Shown in pieces: positions 60,469 to 64,000 of a DNA stretch of 64,000 nucleotides. The DNA is taken from positions 19,902,001-19,966,000 of the forward strand of contig JBHGNT010000003.1 in the NCBI GenBank assembly GCA_043228905.1. The letters are read 5' to 3'. Under the pieces are notes generated by a model, which searched no databases, was not told where the DNA came from, and saw only the letters and a program-made list of their open reading frames with translations. The translations under genes were made by a program, and so were the position numbers. Positions within the stretch are counted from its first letter, which is position 1, and each line of letters begins with the position of its first letter. Source of the stretch: Azolla caroliniana (lineage: Eukaryota; Plantae; Polypodiophyta).

Positions 60469-63400
60469 ATGTCGAAGCGCAGGTTTGGTTTCGAAGGATT
60501 TTCTGTAGGTAGGCAACAGCAGCAGAGCTCTTCCATTAGCTCTTCGGCTCCTCCCGCCCCTCGCAGACCCTCTGCTGCTTCCCCCTCCCATCGGCCCGCT
60601 CATGACAACTACGAAGACCATGATGTGGACGAGATCGAGTATGAAAACCAGGAAGAAGACGAAGACGAGCGGGAACCGTCTTCCCGAAACCCTAAACCTA
60701 CCTCTGATGAAGATATCGACCCGCTTGACGCTTTCATGGCTGGCATCCACGATGAGGTCAAGAACGCACCTGTTAACCCTAAGCCTAGGGCCAAGGTTGA
60801 ACAGCTCGAGAATGAGGAGGATGACCCTATGGAGAGCTTTCTCAGCGCGCGTAGGGATGCAGGATTAACACTCGCAGCAGAGGCTCTGCATGCTGGGTAT
60901 GATTCAGACGAGGAAGTGTATGCAGCTGCGAAGGCTGTGGATGCGGGATTGGTTGAATACGATTCGGATGATAATTTGGTTGTTACTGCTGATAAAAGGA
61001 AGATTGAGCCTCTTGCACCTTTGGATCATGGAGATATTGATTATGAACCTTTCACCAAGGATTTCTATGAGGAAAAGCCTTCAATCTCAGGTGTGCATAA
61101 CTGGTTATCTCACACATTTCTTCCTTGTTTTTTAATTTTAAAAGTGAGTTGTTGCCTTCTTGTGTAAAGAGACTAGCGCATATTTTCAAACTTCTTTTGT
61201 TGAAACAAAAACTCTCCATTTAGTTGATTATGTTGCGAGTTGCTTCCTTTGTTTTGGGTTAAATAGGCTTCATCCTCATGTCTATCAAGTTTGTCTCCAA
61301 TTTCAATGCATATTCATTTGAGAAATCAATCCCAAGGAAGTTGATTATGTTGCAATTTCCCTTCTATTCTTTCTAGTTGCAATGAGCTTTCAACTTCTTG
61401 TCGTTAGAGATTTTTGGCTGCTTTCAATTAATCCTGGTTGTAGGCAGTTAGCTCCTGTTGCACTGAGGTACTCTTGTTTTATCTTATTTTTGGCTGAAAT
61501 GGGCTCTTTTCCTCTTAGAAATAGAGGTTAGCTCCAACTTCGAATGAATTATAGTTTTCAGAAAGTGTATTTTTGTGGTTGAAATTTGAATTTCCATTTG
61601 TCCTCTTTTTTGTAGAAAATGTCAGTTCTACAAATGATGCCTGAGGAAGCTGGTTATGTTACTTGCTTCCTTACTTTTTAGCTGAAATGACACCTTTCAT
61701 CCTCTTGTTTGTATAGATTCCCACCATTTTCAATGAAATCTTTTTGTTCTTACTAGGAATGACCCCAGAGGAAGTTTCAGCATACCGTTCTGCATTGGCA
61801 GTGAAAGTGTCTGGCTTTGATGTGCCACGTCCCATCCGAAATTTCGAAGAACTGAGTTTTGATTCATCGCTAATGGGTGCCATTGCTAAGCAGGGTTATG
61901 AAAAACCCACCCCCATCCAATGTCAGGCATTGCCTGTGGCGCTCAGTGGTAGGGATATTATTGGTATTGCCAAAACAGGTTCTGGAAAGACAGCAGCCTT
62001 TGTTTTCCCCATGATTGTACATATTTTAGATCAGGACGAGATTGAGAAAGGTCAAGGGCCCATAGGTGTTGTTTGTGCTCCAACAAGGGAGTTGGCCCAG
62101 CAGATATATACGGAGACTAAAAAGTTCACAAAACCTTATGGTATAAGAGTATCAGGTATCTTTGGAGGAATGTCAAAATTTGAACAATTCAAAGAGGTTA
62201 AAGCTGGATGTGAAATTGTGATAGCAACTCCAGGCAGACTAATAGATATGATCAAAATGAAGGCCTTGACAATGCTAAAAGCTACTTATCTTGTTTTGGA
62301 TGAGGCCGATAGGATGTTTGATCTGGGTTTTGAGCCACAAATCAGGTCTATTGTGGGCCAGATCAGGCCTGACAGGCAGACTTTATTATTCTCAGCTACA
62401 ATGCCGAGGAAAGTTGAACGGCTGGCACGAGAGGTGCTGTCAGATCCTGTGAGAATTACTGTTGGAGAAGTGGGCAGTGCTAATGAGGACATAACTCAGG
62501 TTGTTGCAGTGTTGCCTTCAGACGAAGAAAAGCTTCCATGGCTTCTTAATCGGCTCCCAGAGCTTGTGGATGAAGGTGATGTTCTAGTATTTGCAGCAAC
62601 AAAAGTCAAGGTTGAAGAGATCGAGAACCGGTTACGTGAAAAAGGATTCAAGGTTGCTGCATTGCATGGAGATAAGGACCAAGCTTCACGAATGGATGTA
62701 TTACAAAAGTTCAAATCTGGAGTCTATCATGTCTTGGTGGCAACTGATGTCGCTGCCCGTGGTCTTGACATCAAATCGATAAAAGCTGTTGTCAACTTTG
62801 ATATTGCAAAAGACATGGATAGTCATGTGCATAGAATTGGTAGGACAGGTAGAGCGGGTGATAAAGAAGGTGTTGCATATACGTTAATTACACAGAAGGA
62901 GGCTCGATTTGCTGGAGAACTTGTTAACAGCTTGATTGCAGCTGGCCAAAATGTACCTACGGAGCTTGCTGACCTTGCAATGAAGGTTAGTTTTCCTTTT
63001 TTCTGTATGGACTATTTATCATAAAGGTGTAATTTATTAATGTTAAATATCTAGAATGAAATAATTCTAGTGTGAAGGAGGATAGAAGCATACATACTGT
63101 ATTTTTAATGTTTTTCTTGTTTATTAAATGCATTCTGTGTTGTATTTTTGAAAATAATTTCTTAATTTTTTTGACAGGATTCCTCTTGATTTGTAAGCCT
63201 ATAATTTTCAAGAGGTTCAAAATATTTGTCCTCTGGAGTCAATATTCAAGTTTTTAATGACAATTTAGTCCTCTCTGTCGTAGCATTTTAATTGAAAATT
63301 TTGAGTAGAAATTCATGGAAGTATGTAGTCTCCTATAATGCTAATCACTCTTATCCTTGTGAAGCAGCAAGCTTTGATATTTGCAAACTTGGTGTGTTAT

Positions 63401-64000
63401 GTCAATTGAGCAACTTATTTTCTTTTGTGTTGGATTAGAAAGATTAAAAAGTTTTTTAGGTTCACAAAAGTGAATTTCCATGATGGAACTTGGCATTAAT
63501 AACTGGTGTTTTTAATTGTCTGTTGCAGGATGGTAGATTTAGGGCCCGGCGTGAAGAGAGAAGTGGTAGAGATGCCCTTGTGCTATGTTATTTTCAGTCT
63601 GCAATTTTATGATTTTCCGATGAGCTAGATTTCTGAAGTTGTTGTGTACATGCAGGTGGAAGAAAAGGTGGGGGGAAGGGAAAGAATAAGAGTGGTGGCA
63701 GGAAGGGTGTTCGGGGTGTAGATTTTGGATTGGGATTGGGGTATAAACCCGATTCCGATACCATCAAAGCACCTCCCCACAAAGTTCCGCAAGTGAACAA
63801 GAAAGTCGAGATACCCAATCGTAGTGTTGCTGTCGATGCTTTGAAAAGTGGCATGATGGCTCGTTTTAAGAATAGCTTTGTTGCAGCTTCTTCTGGGGGT
63901 ACTACAGGATCCACATTTACGTCCTCTCCTGGGCAGCAAGTTGGCCAAAATGCTGCTCAAACTCGAAGTTCAGGGGGGATTGGATATGGAAATGGCAAAG
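60469..64000 (+). CDS. DDX42: DEAD-box RNA helicase DDX42/RH24 (3' end beyond the window)
   Basis: Exons 60469-61090, 61757-62985, 63529-63565, 63656 to window end. MSKRRFGFEGF, DIDPLDAFMAGI, PTPIQ, AKTGSGKT, PTRELAQQI, DEAD, SAT, HRIGRTGRAG, VRGVDFGLGLGY. Confidence 0.93.

Noticed and set aside
1060-64000. Functional cluster of RNA-metabolism genes (DHX37, PPR, SVR1, DDX42)
   Set aside because: The products act in different compartments and pathways, belong to large families and are interspersed with unrelated genes; no shared regulatory structure is visible.

Overview
Eukaryotic land-plant nuclear DNA; a fern is my inference from the PPR and TE style. Seven protein-coding genes can be assembled across spliced exons with reading frame preserved: a DEAH helicase DHX37/DEAH13 (+), an intronless PLS-E PPR gene (-), the plastid rRNA pseudouridine synthase SVR1 (-), a TMEM230/DUF872 protein (+), ETF-beta (-), a type I MADS-box gene (-) and a DEAD-box helicase DDX42/RH24 (+, runs off the window). 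Between and inside them lie a young, structurally complete but ORF-disrupted Ty1/copia element (400-bp LTRs, PBS, PPT, ATTTG TSD), a deleted chromoviral Ty3/gypsy element plus a solo LTR of the same family, a hAT-type MITE with an 8-bp TSD, several LINE and copia relics, and mini/microsatellites. The most notable observations are: a U12-type intron in DHX37; scrambled 25S rRNA fragments in SVR1 intron 1; a perfect (T/C)TAGGG telomere-like array inside the MADS coding sequence, plus a predicted upstream micro-exon; and a copia pol frame that extends about 240 codons between two identical polypurine tracts. No CRISPR or prokaryotic system is supported. Protein family calls come from recalled motifs, not from database searches.
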